Assembly (NCBI GenBank): GCA_937941575.1
Contig: CALDHH010000065.1
Coordinates: 1 to 46,974, forward strand
Origin: an uncultured Alphaproteobacteria bacterium
Lineage (GTDB): Bacteria; Pseudomonadota; Alphaproteobacteria; Micavibrionales; CSBR16-224
Length of the DNA stretch: 46,974 nucleotides
Reading direction: 5' to 3'
Shown: piece after piece, positions 1 through 9,135 of the stretch
Numbering within the stretch: the stretch's first letter is position 1
Layout: every line of letters starts with the position of its first letter
The notes under the pieces: model-generated
Database searches by the model: none
What the model saw: the letters and a program-made list of their open reading frames with translations, nothing else
Told to the model about the DNA's origin: nothing
Translations under genes and position numbers: made by a program

Positions 1-1248
1 TTGGATCTGTTACTAGCTAATAAATCAATAACTCATGCTGATTTTACCTCAATCCATGACACTAATTCAGGGGGAAGCAAAAAACTTAACCAAGTATCTG
101 AAGGAGAAGGCCTTGATGATATTATGGATAAAATTTGCGAAGTAATCGAAAAGAATGACACATTAATTGACCTTAATTTAAGCAATGTTGATTTAATCTT
201 AGAAAAATACATGGGTGATATTATTGCAGTCATAAATGTTAATAAAACTCTGATGAGAATTAATTTGGAGAATTCTTATATAGAAGGAAGTGATTTACTT
301 TTATTCTTAAAATGGATTAAAAATAATACCCTTGCTTGTTTTGATATTGGTAAAAACCCTAAATACTTTAGTGATATTGATGTTAAAGAAATAAAGAAAG
401 AAATAGAAAAAACATGGAAAAGATGCACAAATCTTATAAATCTAGGTGAAGCTTTTGCATCCGAAAATGGTCTACCAAGTGATAAAAGCAAAGAATTCAA
501 TGATTATATCGACATGATTACAAATGATGAAATAATATTTTCTAAAACAGGTGTTGCCAATATCCAAAAGAAACTTCCGGCACTTATTGAACGTGTGGCA
601 TTATATAATAAAGACTTTAAACATGTCGTAGAAAGCATGTTGAGCATTGTAATGAGGAAGGTAAAGAAAAATACTGGCATAGATCTGATAGTTCCAGATT
701 ACTATAAAAAATACTCTGTTTTAGATGCCGAGAGACTTGACCCGAAAGCTGAAAAGAATACTGTTGCTAATGAATTAGCTAAAATCCCTAAGCACAAGCT
801 AAGTAAGATTAATTTTACGGATTTAGCAGAAAAAATAGATAAAGCCCCGAAGCCTATAAGCATATCTGAAATGTTTAAAAAAGTTTCAAAAAGAAAAAAA
901 TATCCAATTGCCTATCATTCTGGATTAACCAATCAATTAGATGAACTATTAGATTTTTTGGATAATAAAAACGCTATATTAACAAAAGAAGATCTACTTT
1001 ATAAGCCATCTAAAGATAACTTAACTTTACTGGATATGATCATAGATGCAGGAAAACTAGATAAAGTAATTACTGTAAAAAACTGGTTACATGACCCAGA
1101 AGGTTTAAATGAGATTGCTAAAATTATACCGGTTAGTAAACTATATCAACAAATGGGCTCTAAATTTATCTCTATGGCTGATACAAAAAAATCAATATCC
1201 GCCGCAAGGATAAAACAAGGTCGAAAACCAATAAAAATTATGTTTTAG
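1..1248 (+). CDS. Hypothetical protein, 5'-truncated, with RNI-like leucine-rich repeats in the visible N-terminal part
   Basis: The ORF is open from the window edge. Repeats NDTLIDLNLSNVDL, NKTLMRINLENSYI and NNTLACFDIGKN resemble the NxTLxxLxLxxN RNI-type LRR. Basic C-terminus RIKQGRKPIKIMF. Confidence 0.55.
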   Translation: MDLLLANKSITHADFTSIHDTNSGGSKKLNQVSEGEGLDDIMDKICEVIEKNDTLIDLNLSNVDLILEKYMGDIIAVINVNKTLMRINLENSYIEGSDLLLFLKWIKNNTLACFDIGKNPKYFSDIDVKEIKKEIEKTWKRCTNLINLGEAFASENGLPSDKSKEFNDYIDMITNDEIIFSKTGVANIQKKLPALIERVALYNKDFKHVVESMLSIVMRKVKKNTGIDLIVPDYYKKYSVLDAERLDPKAEKNTVANELAKIPKHKLSKINFTDLAEKIDKAPKPISISEMFKKVSKRKKYPIAYHSGLTNQLDELLDFLDNKNAILTKEDLLYKPSKDNLTLLDMIIDAGKLDKVITVKNWLHDPEGLNEIAKIIPVSKLYQQMGSKFISMADTKKSISAARIKQGRKPIKIMF

Positions 1249-1292
1249 GTTACTGCGCTATGAGATAGAAAGGAAAAATTAATCTAATATGA

Positions 1293-2057
1293 TTAATCCA
1301 TTCTATACGCCATTTCACACTGTTTTGTGTTTAGAGTTTCATTATAGCCATTTGGCATTGTTGCAGAAGTTCTTCCGCAGACAGCCCAGCTATTGCTAAC
1401 CGATTGCACATAGCCTGTTATGGATCCCCCATCATCAATTTTCCTATCTATCTTAGCTGCTACAGAGGGTGAAAAAACTGATCGCCCCGTAGCGCCAGCC
1501 CAAGTATGAGTTATAAGTGGGCTATTAGAAGTATGCAATACATGACCAACCGCGCTGGTAAGTGGGTCTTTTAAGTAGTGAATTATATGAAATCCACCAC
1601 CGTATTTAGATGTTGGATGTGTTTTTCCAAATTCAGGAGTTGTATTATTACTTGTATCAATTCCAGATATTAAATCTGCTAAGGCTAAATGTTTCCAAAA
1701 TTGAGCATTTTCTTCATCAAGACCACCAAAGGTTAGACCCCAGCCTAAACCGCTATAAGATGTTCCAATTGTTCCGCTATCATCACCGTTTACACAATTA
1801 TTTGCAGCCGTACATCCAGGTAATCGTCTTGTTGCGTTAGAGAAGTCGCCTGGTAAAGAAGAATTAACGTCCCTAAAAGTAGCAATTGCAGCTGTATATG
1901 ATTGAGTTTGCGCTATATGCCCTGAAATTCTTGCATTCTCAATCATGGCTTGGCCTTTTAATATACCACCGATTAGGAGACCAATAATAGTCATTACAAT
2001 TGCAAGTTCAACTAGAGTAAAACCTTTTTCATTCATTACATCTGTTCTATTAAGCAT
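1293..2057 (-). CDS. Prepilin-type N-terminal cleavage/methylation domain protein (type IV pilin/pseudopilin-like)
   Basis: KG|FTLVELAIVMTIIGLLIGGILKG class III signal peptide with Glu+5; Cys pairs; C-terminal IDRKIDDG. Start moved to ATG 2057, which follows a GAAAGGG SD-like sequence. Confidence 0.9.
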   Translation of the reverse strand: MLNRTDVMNEKGFTLVELAIVMTIIGLLIGGILKGQAMIENARISGHIAQTQSYTAAIATFRDVNSSLPGDFSNATRRLPGCTAANNCVNGDDSGTIGTSYSGLGWGLTFGGLDEENAQFWKHLALADLISGIDTSNNTTPEFGKTHPTSKYGGGFHIIHYLKDPLTSAVGHVLHTSNSPLITHTWAGATGRSVFSPSVAAKIDRKIDDGGSITGYVQSVSNSWAVCGRTSATMPNGYNETLNTKQCEMAYRMD

Positions 2058-2303
2058 ATTATTCCCTTTCAGGATTGTTTTTATCAACTAATATTAATTC
2101 AAATAAGTTAATTTTTATACAATCTATACTAGATATTATTACTTAAAAACAAATTTAAATTGTAAAAAATCAACAAAAATTCCATATAAAGGTAAAGATT
2201 GAAAGTTGATAACGAGTAACATAGAAATACTTTGCACTACTTAAACTTTCTATTTATACATCTAATAACCGAATAGTGGCTTCTCATATTTAAGGAAAAT
2301 AAA

Positions 2304-3491
2304 TTGCAAGAATTAAAAGACATACTTATCCAAGAAATTATAAATAATAGTAATTTTATAAAAGCTACATTCTCTGGAATTCGAAGAACATCTAATAATT
2401 CTTGGAATAAGATATTAATAGAGCCAGTTATTATAAAAGATAAAAATATGCTGCAGTTTAATTATTTTGATACAGTAAAATCAATAACCAAGAATGTTGA
2501 AATCGAGAAGTTCCAAACAGAGATAAATGATGTTATATCATGCCATTTTACAAGTATCTATCTAAGATCTAATAATTACGGTAAGCAAATACAAATCACT
2601 AAAAAGAACAAAGTTCTTGTAAAAACTCATAAGAACTTAGATGAAGTAATCGTAAACAAATCTCATGATAAAGAAAAGAATAGGATCACATCTAGTAAAG
2701 ATAATTATTTAGAAATGTTAGGAATAGCAAGTACTGATGGCAAAATAAAACCTAACATGCATTCCAAATATAAACAAATTGATGAATTTATTAAAATAAT
2801 CAGCAGATTGACAGATTGGAATGAATACAAAGATCAAGTTAATATAATAGATTGTGGAGTTGGGAATGGCTATCTTACGCTTGCGACTTATAATTACTTT
2901 AAAAACGCAATATCAAAAGACATTCACATGGAAGCCATTGATATTGATGCAGGTGCAATTGAGAGAAATAATTCTAAGATTAAAAAATTAGACTGGGAAG
3001 ATCTTCATTTTGAAACTAGTAATATAATAAGTTATGATCCTATAAAAAAACAAGATATAGATTTAACCATAGCCTTACATGCTTGTGATACTGCTACAGA
3101 TGAAGCCTTATGTCTGGCCATAGAAAACAAATCTAAATATATATTATCAGTTCCCTGCTGTCACCATGATATCCAATTTCAATTAAAAAATAACCCTTCC
3201 AATAACTCCATAATAAAATCTGAAAAACATGGGATATTAATCGAACGCCAAGGCGATATTATTGCTGATACGCTTCGCTATATGTTATTGGAGATATGTG
3301 GTTATAGCACCAATATAATTCAATATATCTCAAATGATCACACATCTAAAAACATCATGATTAGAGCAGAAAAGCATAATGACGCTGTTCCAGAAGAGAA
3401 AATAAATGAATATAAAGAATTCAAATCATTTTGGAGAGTAAAGCCAGAGCTTGAGAAATTACTAACTCAAAAAGATATAATCAAATTGTAA
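2304..3491 (+). CDS. Class I SAM-dependent methyltransferase (Methyltransf_32-like)
   Basis: Motif I IIDCGVGNGYLT; IALHACDTATDEAL; VPCCHH; HTSKNIMIRA. TTG start preceded by AAGGA. Confidence 0.85.
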   Translation: MQELKDILIQEIINNSNFIKATFSGIRRTSNNSWNKILIEPVIIKDKNMLQFNYFDTVKSITKNVEIEKFQTEINDVISCHFTSIYLRSNNYGKQIQITKKNKVLVKTHKNLDEVIVNKSHDKEKNRITSSKDNYLEMLGIASTDGKIKPNMHSKYKQIDEFIKIISRLTDWNEYKDQVNIIDCGVGNGYLTLATYNYFKNAISKDIHMEAIDIDAGAIERNNSKIKKLDWEDLHFETSNIISYDPIKKQDIDLTIALHACDTATDEALCLAIENKSKYILSVPCCHHDIQFQLKNNPSNNSIIKSEKHGILIERQGDIIADTLRYMLLEICGYSTNIIQYISNDHTSKNIMIRAEKHNDAVPEEKINEYKEFKSFWRVKPELEKLLTQKDIIKL

Positions 3492-3501
3492 GAAGATAGT
3501 G

Positions 3502-3957
3502 CTACCAACTGCCTATATTCTCCATGGAAGCCCAAGGCTCTTGCTTTTCTAAGCGCTCACCATTCTGTAGGATTTCAATAGATATATTATCTGGTGATTT
3601 AATGAAGGCCATATATCCATCACGTGGAGGCCTGTTAATTTCTATACCTTTATCCAGCAATTCTTGGCAAGTATCATATATATTTTCAACACGATAAGCC
3701 AAATGCCCAAAATTTCTTCCAGAATTATAATCTTCAACACTTCCATCCTCAGATGGCCAATTATAGGTTAATTCAAGTAATGGAGAATTAGTTTTTTTTG
3801 CTCCCTCTACGTCACCATTAGCTGCTAAAAATATCAAGGTAAATCGCCCTTGCCTGCTCTCTTTACGGCTAGTTTCAACCAGCCCCAGTTTATTACAAAA
3901 AAACTCTAGTGATTCATCTATATTACTTATACGAAGCATTGTGTGTAGATATTCCAT
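3502..3957 (-). CDS. gloA: Lactoylglutathione lyase (glyoxalase I, VOC family)
   Basis: YLHTMLRI, LELTYNW, GRNFGHLAYRV and INRPPRDGYMAFIKSPDNISIEILQ. Confidence 0.88.
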   Translation of the reverse strand: MEYLHTMLRISNIDESLEFFCNKLGLVETSRKESRQGRFTLIFLAANGDVEGAKKTNSPLLELTYNWPSEDGSVEDYNSGRNFGHLAYRVENIYDTCQELLDKGIEINRPPRDGYMAFIKSPDNISIEILQNGERLEKQEPWASMENIGSW

Positions 3958-4016
3958 TGTTAAATTTCCTCTTATATTCTTGTATTTATTAGTTTCTGTG
4001 TAAGTGTAAGACTATA

Positions 4017-5288
4017 TTAAGCCTGAGGCATAAATAAATCCATGTCTATAAAGTAAAAAGCTACACTACTACATAACATTACTAAAAAGAAGAATAAGCA
4101 ATAGCTGAATAATTTTACGCCACCGACCTTAAATATAATTCCTAGTTTAATTATCATGTTGACAGTCATGGCAATTAGGATTGATATAGAAGCAGTCGAT
4201 AATAAAATCTCACCTGAACTTGCAAGTTCTGATACCGTAAATGTTACAACTCTTAAACTTACAGCTCCACCTAATAGTGATGTTAGATATACGCCAGTAT
4301 CCCCAAATAATCGAGTTGCTAATGCAATGAAAACCAATCCTATTGATATTAATAAGGCAAAGCTAACTGTTTTTTTCAACGATATTGGATTATTTATCTT
4401 TACGGTAATTTCTTCTGTTTCAGTGCTATCTTTCTTAATTGCTCCTAAACCCATAGTACATAACAGTCCTATTATTGCTGGTATTGCTAAAAACATCACC
4501 AAATTACTTGCAACACTTGGCGCAATTATTATTAAAACTATTACTTGAATTAATAAAGAAGCCACCTCAGCCAAGATAATACCGCTAGTAATATTTATAA
4601 GCTGATTAGGTCGTTCATTATACTTACCGGCTAAATTAAACGTTGTTGCAGTGGCTGATATAAAACCACCGAAAAATCCAGTTGCAAGTAATCCCCATTT
4701 TAACCCCAATTGCTTCAATGCAATATAACTAGAGAATTCAACACCTGCTATAACCACGAAAAGCATCCAAATTCTAGTTGGATGTATTAACTCCCAAGGA
4801 TCAATAAACTCGTTGGGAAGTAAGGGCAGGATTACTATAGCGCTAATTAGAAAAGTTAATACAGCAGTCATCTCTTCTTTTGTAATACCGTTTTGTGCAA
4901 AAGAATGCAGCCGTTTTTTTAACGTTAAAAAACCAAATAATATAACAGCCAATATGATTGCAAGCTGGCTATGTGAGTAAGCTAAAAAACCCAATAAGAA
5001 TGTTAGCATTGCTGCAACAGCCGTGGTTGATCCGACTTGCCATGTAGATTTAGCTTTATTCCAATAGACATGGCTTATAAGTATTAGAATTCCTACAAAT
5101 AAGCTTATGATGATGATTAAGATATCATTTCCAAGAAAAGCAATAATTGCCCCAGTTAAGGCCAAGAGTGGAAAAGTGCGGGCGCCGGATATTGGTTTGC
5201 TATTCTTATTTTTGGCTCTCTCTCTTTCAAATCCAATCAAGAAACCGGCTAATATAGCTGTTAGAAATGGTATCATTTCATTAAACAT
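4017..5288 (-). CDS. MgtC/SapB family membrane protein with DUF4010 domain
   Basis: GFLIGFERE...GARTFPL, GSTT, ILPLLP...PW, GFFGGFISATATT; many TM segments. ATG 5288 preferred over TTG 5300. Confidence 0.85.
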   Translation of the reverse strand: MFNEMIPFLTAILAGFLIGFERERAKNKNSKPISGARTFPLLALTGAIIAFLGNDILIIIISLFVGILILISHVYWNKAKSTWQVGSTTAVAAMLTFLLGFLAYSHSQLAIILAVILFGFLTLKKRLHSFAQNGITKEEMTAVLTFLISAIVILPLLPNEFIDPWELIHPTRIWMLFVVIAGVEFSSYIALKQLGLKWGLLATGFFGGFISATATTFNLAGKYNERPNQLINITSGIILAEVASLLIQVIVLIIIAPSVASNLVMFLAIPAIIGLLCTMGLGAIKKDSTETEEITVKINNPISLKKTVSFALLISIGLVFIALATRLFGDTGVYLTSLLGGAVSLRVVTFTVSELASSGEILLSTASISILIAMTVNMIIKLGIIFKVGGVKLFSYCLFFFLVMLCSSVAFYFIDMDLFMPQA

Positions 5289-5311
5289 TGTAAATCTCAA
5301 TCTCTTTAATT

Positions 5312-5389
5312 TTATCTAGATAACTAATCTCATCCCCTTATAGATAATACAATATAAAAGAACTTCAATAGATAACTTTATCTAGATAA
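5312..5389. promoter_or_regulatory. Two copies of the perfect palindrome TTATCTAGATAA (candidate operator)
   Basis: Copies at 5312-5323 and 5378-5389, with TAGATAA half-sites at 5341-5347 and 5369-5375, directly upstream of the MgtC/DUF4010 gene. Confidence 0.5.
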
Positions 5390-5426
5390 TTATTCACTTA
5401 AAATCCAATAAGATATATCCACTTGC

Positions 5427-5455
5427 TTGACTTAATGAATATTCTCGGATAGTTT
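5427..5455 (+). promoter_or_regulatory. Sigma-70-type promoter for the leader transcript
   Basis: TTGACT (5427-5432), 17 nt spacer, TAGTTT (5450-5455). The predicted TSS falls at or near the ATG at 5461, implying a leaderless transcript. Confidence 0.55.
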
Positions 5456-5460
5456 TAATT

Positions 5461-5517
5461 ATGAATAAATTAGATCAAAATACAATCAAAACTACATGGC
5501 AGTGGCTTCTTAAATAG
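5461..5517 (+). CDS. Trp-containing leader peptide MNKLDQNTIKTTWQWLLK (trpL-like)
   Basis: 18-codon ORF with TGG-CAG-TGG near the 3' end, followed by alternative RNA stems. Absent from the supplied ORF track. Confidence 0.7.
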   Translation: MNKLDQNTIKTTWQWLLK

Positions 5518-5562
5518 ATTAGCGACAGCAATAACTTTACCAAAATATTATTAATTATACAG

Positions 5563-5595
5563 AATGTCGCAGAGAAGATTTGTGGCATTTTTTTT
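5563..5595 (+). terminator. Intrinsic terminator of a putative attenuator
   Basis: Stem AATGTCGCAGA (5563-5573) / TTTGTGGCATT (5579-5589) with G-U pairs, then a T run to 5595. GCGACA (5522-5527) is the exact reverse complement of TGTCGC (5565-5570) and could form the antiterminator. Confidence 0.72.
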
Positions 5596-5649
5596 ATTCT
5601 ATAATTCAAATTTCTTCTTTTATGCATTCTAACTTAAGAGGAATAGAAA

Positions 5650-6942
5650 ATGAACAAGGCTAAAATTAAAAAAACATATAAGCCGATGGGGCTAAAAATA
5701 GGAAGTGAAATTGAGCATCTGATAATAAATGATGATAATTCACCGCTTGATATAACAATTTGTGATAAATTTTCAGACATTTTAAATGCAAAGAAAATGG
5801 ATCATAGTAGAGAGATATATTCTGGAGTTTTTGAAACTAAAACAAAAGCTTATCGTCCAAGTCATCTAATGCAGATGTTTAATGAGAGAGCAAAACATTC
5901 CAAGTTAATCTATGAAACAGCAGAAGAATTAGGAGCGAAGACTTCAGAACTGCCTTTTGATCCTGATTTAACTCTTGATGAAGCAATGGAGTATAATATT
6001 AAACATCCAAGAGCTGATAACCTACTCTCTCATTTAAAATCCATTGGTGAAGACAAGATTATTGAGCATTGTGTCATGACTACAGGAATTCATGTCTCAA
6101 TCGGTTTTGATGATTTAGATGAAGCATTAGATATTATTAAGATATCTTCGATGTTAACTCCATTATTAACATTATTGATGGAGAATAACATTGGGCGTGA
6201 TCAAGGGGTAGTATTTAAAGGAAACCCAACCGCAAATAAGCGGCATTCACAAAAAGAGCGCACGGATATACAAGAATATTTCTATAGTTCAAATACAGGA
6301 GAGGAGCTTATTAATAACCATATCCAGCATATATTAAATACACCCGCAATGATGTATATGGATGGTAATGAAGAGGTACAAATATCTAAAAACCCCCATA
6401 ATACTTCTTTAAAAAAATTATCCAAAACCCAAGAAATAACCGAAGATAATTTCTTTCTAGTTGAGAAAATGCAATATAATGATGTTAAAATAGCTTCTTT
6501 AAAATGCAAAGATGATAATGTTATTGGGCATCGTGTTGAATTAAGAATGTCTGATAATGGTGTCCATCAACATGATAGTATGGTTTTAATTGCTTTAATG
6601 ATTGCAAGCAAAAAAGGCCGCATAATGATTAGAGAAGTTCTAAAAGATTTTGGCTATGAAAGCGGTAATCCAGAACTATATAATACCGTCTGTGCAGATC
6701 TAAGCAAAGCAATATCACATGATGGCAAGCATCTTTCTCAGATAATGAGTAATGGGGAAACATTCTCTTCTATGGCCAAAGAATTTGGTAATGGGTTACA
6801 AAGCTTTATTTCAGAAGACTACCCTGAATATTTAGAAAAAGCCCTACCGATACTTAAAATATGCAATACAGGTAGAAGTCAGGCATCTGACAATATTAGA
6901 AAGAAACCATTATCTCAATCTAGAAAGACTTCGCTAATGTAA
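5650..6942 (+). CDS. Divergent glutamate-cysteine ligase family 2 (GCS2)-like carboxylate-amine ligase
   Basis: KIGSEIEH (GxExE), EIYSGVFE, TTGIHVSIG, YNDVK and RVELRMSD (ExRxxD) in canonical order; GAGG SD upstream. Confidence 0.65.
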   Translation: MNKAKIKKTYKPMGLKIGSEIEHLIINDDNSPLDITICDKFSDILNAKKMDHSREIYSGVFETKTKAYRPSHLMQMFNERAKHSKLIYETAEELGAKTSELPFDPDLTLDEAMEYNIKHPRADNLLSHLKSIGEDKIIEHCVMTTGIHVSIGFDDLDEALDIIKISSMLTPLLTLLMENNIGRDQGVVFKGNPTANKRHSQKERTDIQEYFYSSNTGEELINNHIQHILNTPAMMYMDGNEEVQISKNPHNTSLKKLSKTQEITEDNFFLVEKMQYNDVKIASLKCKDDNVIGHRVELRMSDNGVHQHDSMVLIALMIASKKGRIMIREVLKDFGYESGNPELYNTVCADLSKAISHDGKHLSQIMSNGETFSSMAKEFGNGLQSFISEDYPEYLEKALPILKICNTGRSQASDNIRKKPLSQSRKTSLM

Positions 6943-7075
6943 AACTTTAATAAGCTTATAACGTCATCTCTCATATAATTAAATTAATATATTATTTAAT
7001 CTTTCCAAAATTTTAATAATTAAGAAAGTATCATAGCTTTAAGGTGAGATATAATGGATTAAAAGGTATAAAAGC

Positions 7076-7936
7076 ATGAAGATAATACATATAACAGATA
7101 TGCATTTTGGTCCATATCAATGGTTTGGTAATAATGATCTATTATTAGATAGGTTAAATTCATTTGATGCGGACCTCATTTTTAATACAGGGGATATGAC
7201 GACAGATTCATTAGAAGATGAATATCAGCAAGCTGGAGAATTCTTAAACAAACTTGAATGCAAAAATATTGTCTCCATTATGGGTAATCATGATAAATTT
7301 AGTAAACGTTCTGGTGATTTTTTTAGGAAATATATCTATGATGGAAAATTTATTGAGCCTAAAAATATTTCAAAACTGGAAAAACCCAATATTTATATAG
7401 ATAAGAATACTTCAACATTAGATAACTATCTTTATGATCTTAATTTTGTTAGAGAATTTGATATTAAGGGTGAGAAGATATTAGTATTGGGATTAGACAC
7501 ATGTGTTCTAAACTGTCATTATGGACTTATAGAAGAAGAAATTCTACATTCTCTGGCAGATATAATTAAATCTACTCAACATGACCGCATTTTCACACTG
7601 ACCCATCATTCCATATTATCTGGGGATGAGAATGCCTTGAGTAATTCAAAGCGAGTAACAGATTTTATATTAGAGCATAATATTGAAGCCAATTTCTGTG
7701 GCCATACTCATGAATTAGATATGGTAGAAGTGAGAGATATAATGCTTAATAAGACTTATCGGCAATTCATGTCTGGAACAATGTCTAGTCGAACAACTTC
7801 AACTAGCGCAACTTCGACAGAAGCAAATATGTATTGCACATATGAGAATCTTGGGACAAGCGATGAAAAGATAACGATTATCCGCATGCACCCAGATGGC
7901 GATGATATTAGATTTGAAGAAACCGTCATTACTTAA
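7076..7936 (+). CDS. Calcineurin-like metallophosphoesterase (Icc/CpdA-like)
   Basis: HITDMHFG, TGDMT, GNHD, THH and CGHTH motifs. Confidence 0.9.
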   Translation: MKIIHITDMHFGPYQWFGNNDLLLDRLNSFDADLIFNTGDMTTDSLEDEYQQAGEFLNKLECKNIVSIMGNHDKFSKRSGDFFRKYIYDGKFIEPKNISKLEKPNIYIDKNTSTLDNYLYDLNFVREFDIKGEKILVLGLDTCVLNCHYGLIEEEILHSLADIIKSTQHDRIFTLTHHSILSGDENALSNSKRVTDFILEHNIEANFCGHTHELDMVEVRDIMLNKTYRQFMSGTMSSRTTSTSATSTEANMYCTYENLGTSDEKITIIRMHPDGDDIRFEETVIT

Positions 7937-8115
7937 GGTTTTTGAAGATAATAATTAGGTAGAGGCAAGAGCTCAATAGCCAGTTTTAAGAGCCTCTCTT
8001 TACCATTATTACGTAGTTTTTCTTTCATAATCACTGAATTAGCTATATGTAACTTTCTTAGTAGCATTAGCGAATAAAACAATAGATGATAAAGATTAAA
8101 CCTAAGGTAGAGAAG

Positions 8116-9123
8116 ATGACCGATAAAACCGTAATTTTTAAGAAAAAAATATTAGCTTTTTTCGTAGTATTCATCTTCTCATCCATGATGGGAGCATTCG
8201 CAGGAGATATTCCAGATAGATGGAAAAGTGAATGGTCAGCTACAGATTTCTCAAAATCTAGTATAGAATTTTCAGAGGTAATGTCAGGTGGGCCACCAAA
8301 AGATGGAATTCCTGCAATTGATGATCCGAAATTTAAACCTGTCTCCGACATTAATGATATTGGCGATAAAGAGCCTGTTATTTCCATTGAGATAGATGGG
8401 AAGGCAAAAGCTTATCCTTTGCGGATATTAATGTGGCATGAAATTGCCAATGATGAATTAAGCGGAGTCCCAATAACAGTAACATATTGCCCATTATGCA
8501 ATTCCAGTGTCATTTTTGACCGTCGCATAAATAATAAAATTTTAGATTTCGGGGTATCAGGAAAGCTACGTCATTCAGATATGATCATGTATGATCGCCA
8601 AACTGAAAGCTGGTGGCAACAATTTCTGGGTGAAGGGGTTGTTGGTGAGATGACAGGTGTAAAATTAAAACGCCTTCCATCCCGTATTATACCCTTTGCT
8701 AAATTCAAAAAATCTCACCCGCAAGGGCAAGTTCTAATAGCTAATAATAAATCATCCCGCAATTACGGATCTAACCCTTATTTTAAATATGATAGTGCAG
8801 ATAAACCATTCTTGCTTCAGAAAGAATATAATGGCCCTATTCCATCACTTGCCTATGTTATTGCAATTGACAAAAAAGCTTGGCCTTTGGAAGATATACG
8901 TAAGCAGAAACGCATTGTGGATGGTGATATAATTATTGAATGGCAGACGGGGATGAATTCAGCACTTGACCAGCAACAGATTGATAAAGGACAAGATATT
9001 GGCTATGTAACAGTGCAAAGAAAACAGCCCGATGGATCTCTTATTAATATTGCTTATGATATGAGCTTTGCTTTTGCTTTCTCTATCTTTCAACCAGATG
9101 GCAAGATTATAATTCATGAATAA
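8116..9123 (+). CDS. DUF3179 domain-containing exported protein
   Basis: Signal peptide ending AFA; SGGPPKDGIPAIDDP, AYPLRILMWHEIAND, TYCPLCNS, FGVSGKL, MYDRQTESWWQQ. An alternative start exists at 8086. Confidence 0.85.
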   Translation: MTDKTVIFKKKILAFFVVFIFSSMMGAFAGDIPDRWKSEWSATDFSKSSIEFSEVMSGGPPKDGIPAIDDPKFKPVSDINDIGDKEPVISIEIDGKAKAYPLRILMWHEIANDELSGVPITVTYCPLCNSSVIFDRRINNKILDFGVSGKLRHSDMIMYDRQTESWWQQFLGEGVVGEMTGVKLKRLPSRIIPFAKFKKSHPQGQVLIANNKSSRNYGSNPYFKYDSADKPFLLQKEYNGPIPSLAYVIAIDKKAWPLEDIRKQKRIVDGDIIIEWQTGMNSALDQQQIDKGQDIGYVTVQRKQPDGSLINIAYDMSFAFAFSIFQPDGKIIIHE

Positions 9124-9135
9124 AGATTAGATAAT

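Noticed and set aside
7933-8067. Imperfect inverted repeat AGAGGC...GCCTCT (7961-7997) and a 44-aa minus-strand ORF
   Set aside because: Short stem with a long loop and no clear U-tract; the ORF has no SD or motif. At most a weak terminator.
8116-9123. Possible selenoprotein, since some DUF3179 members are annotated so
   Set aside because: No in-frame TGA; the CxxC motif is encoded by ordinary Cys codons.
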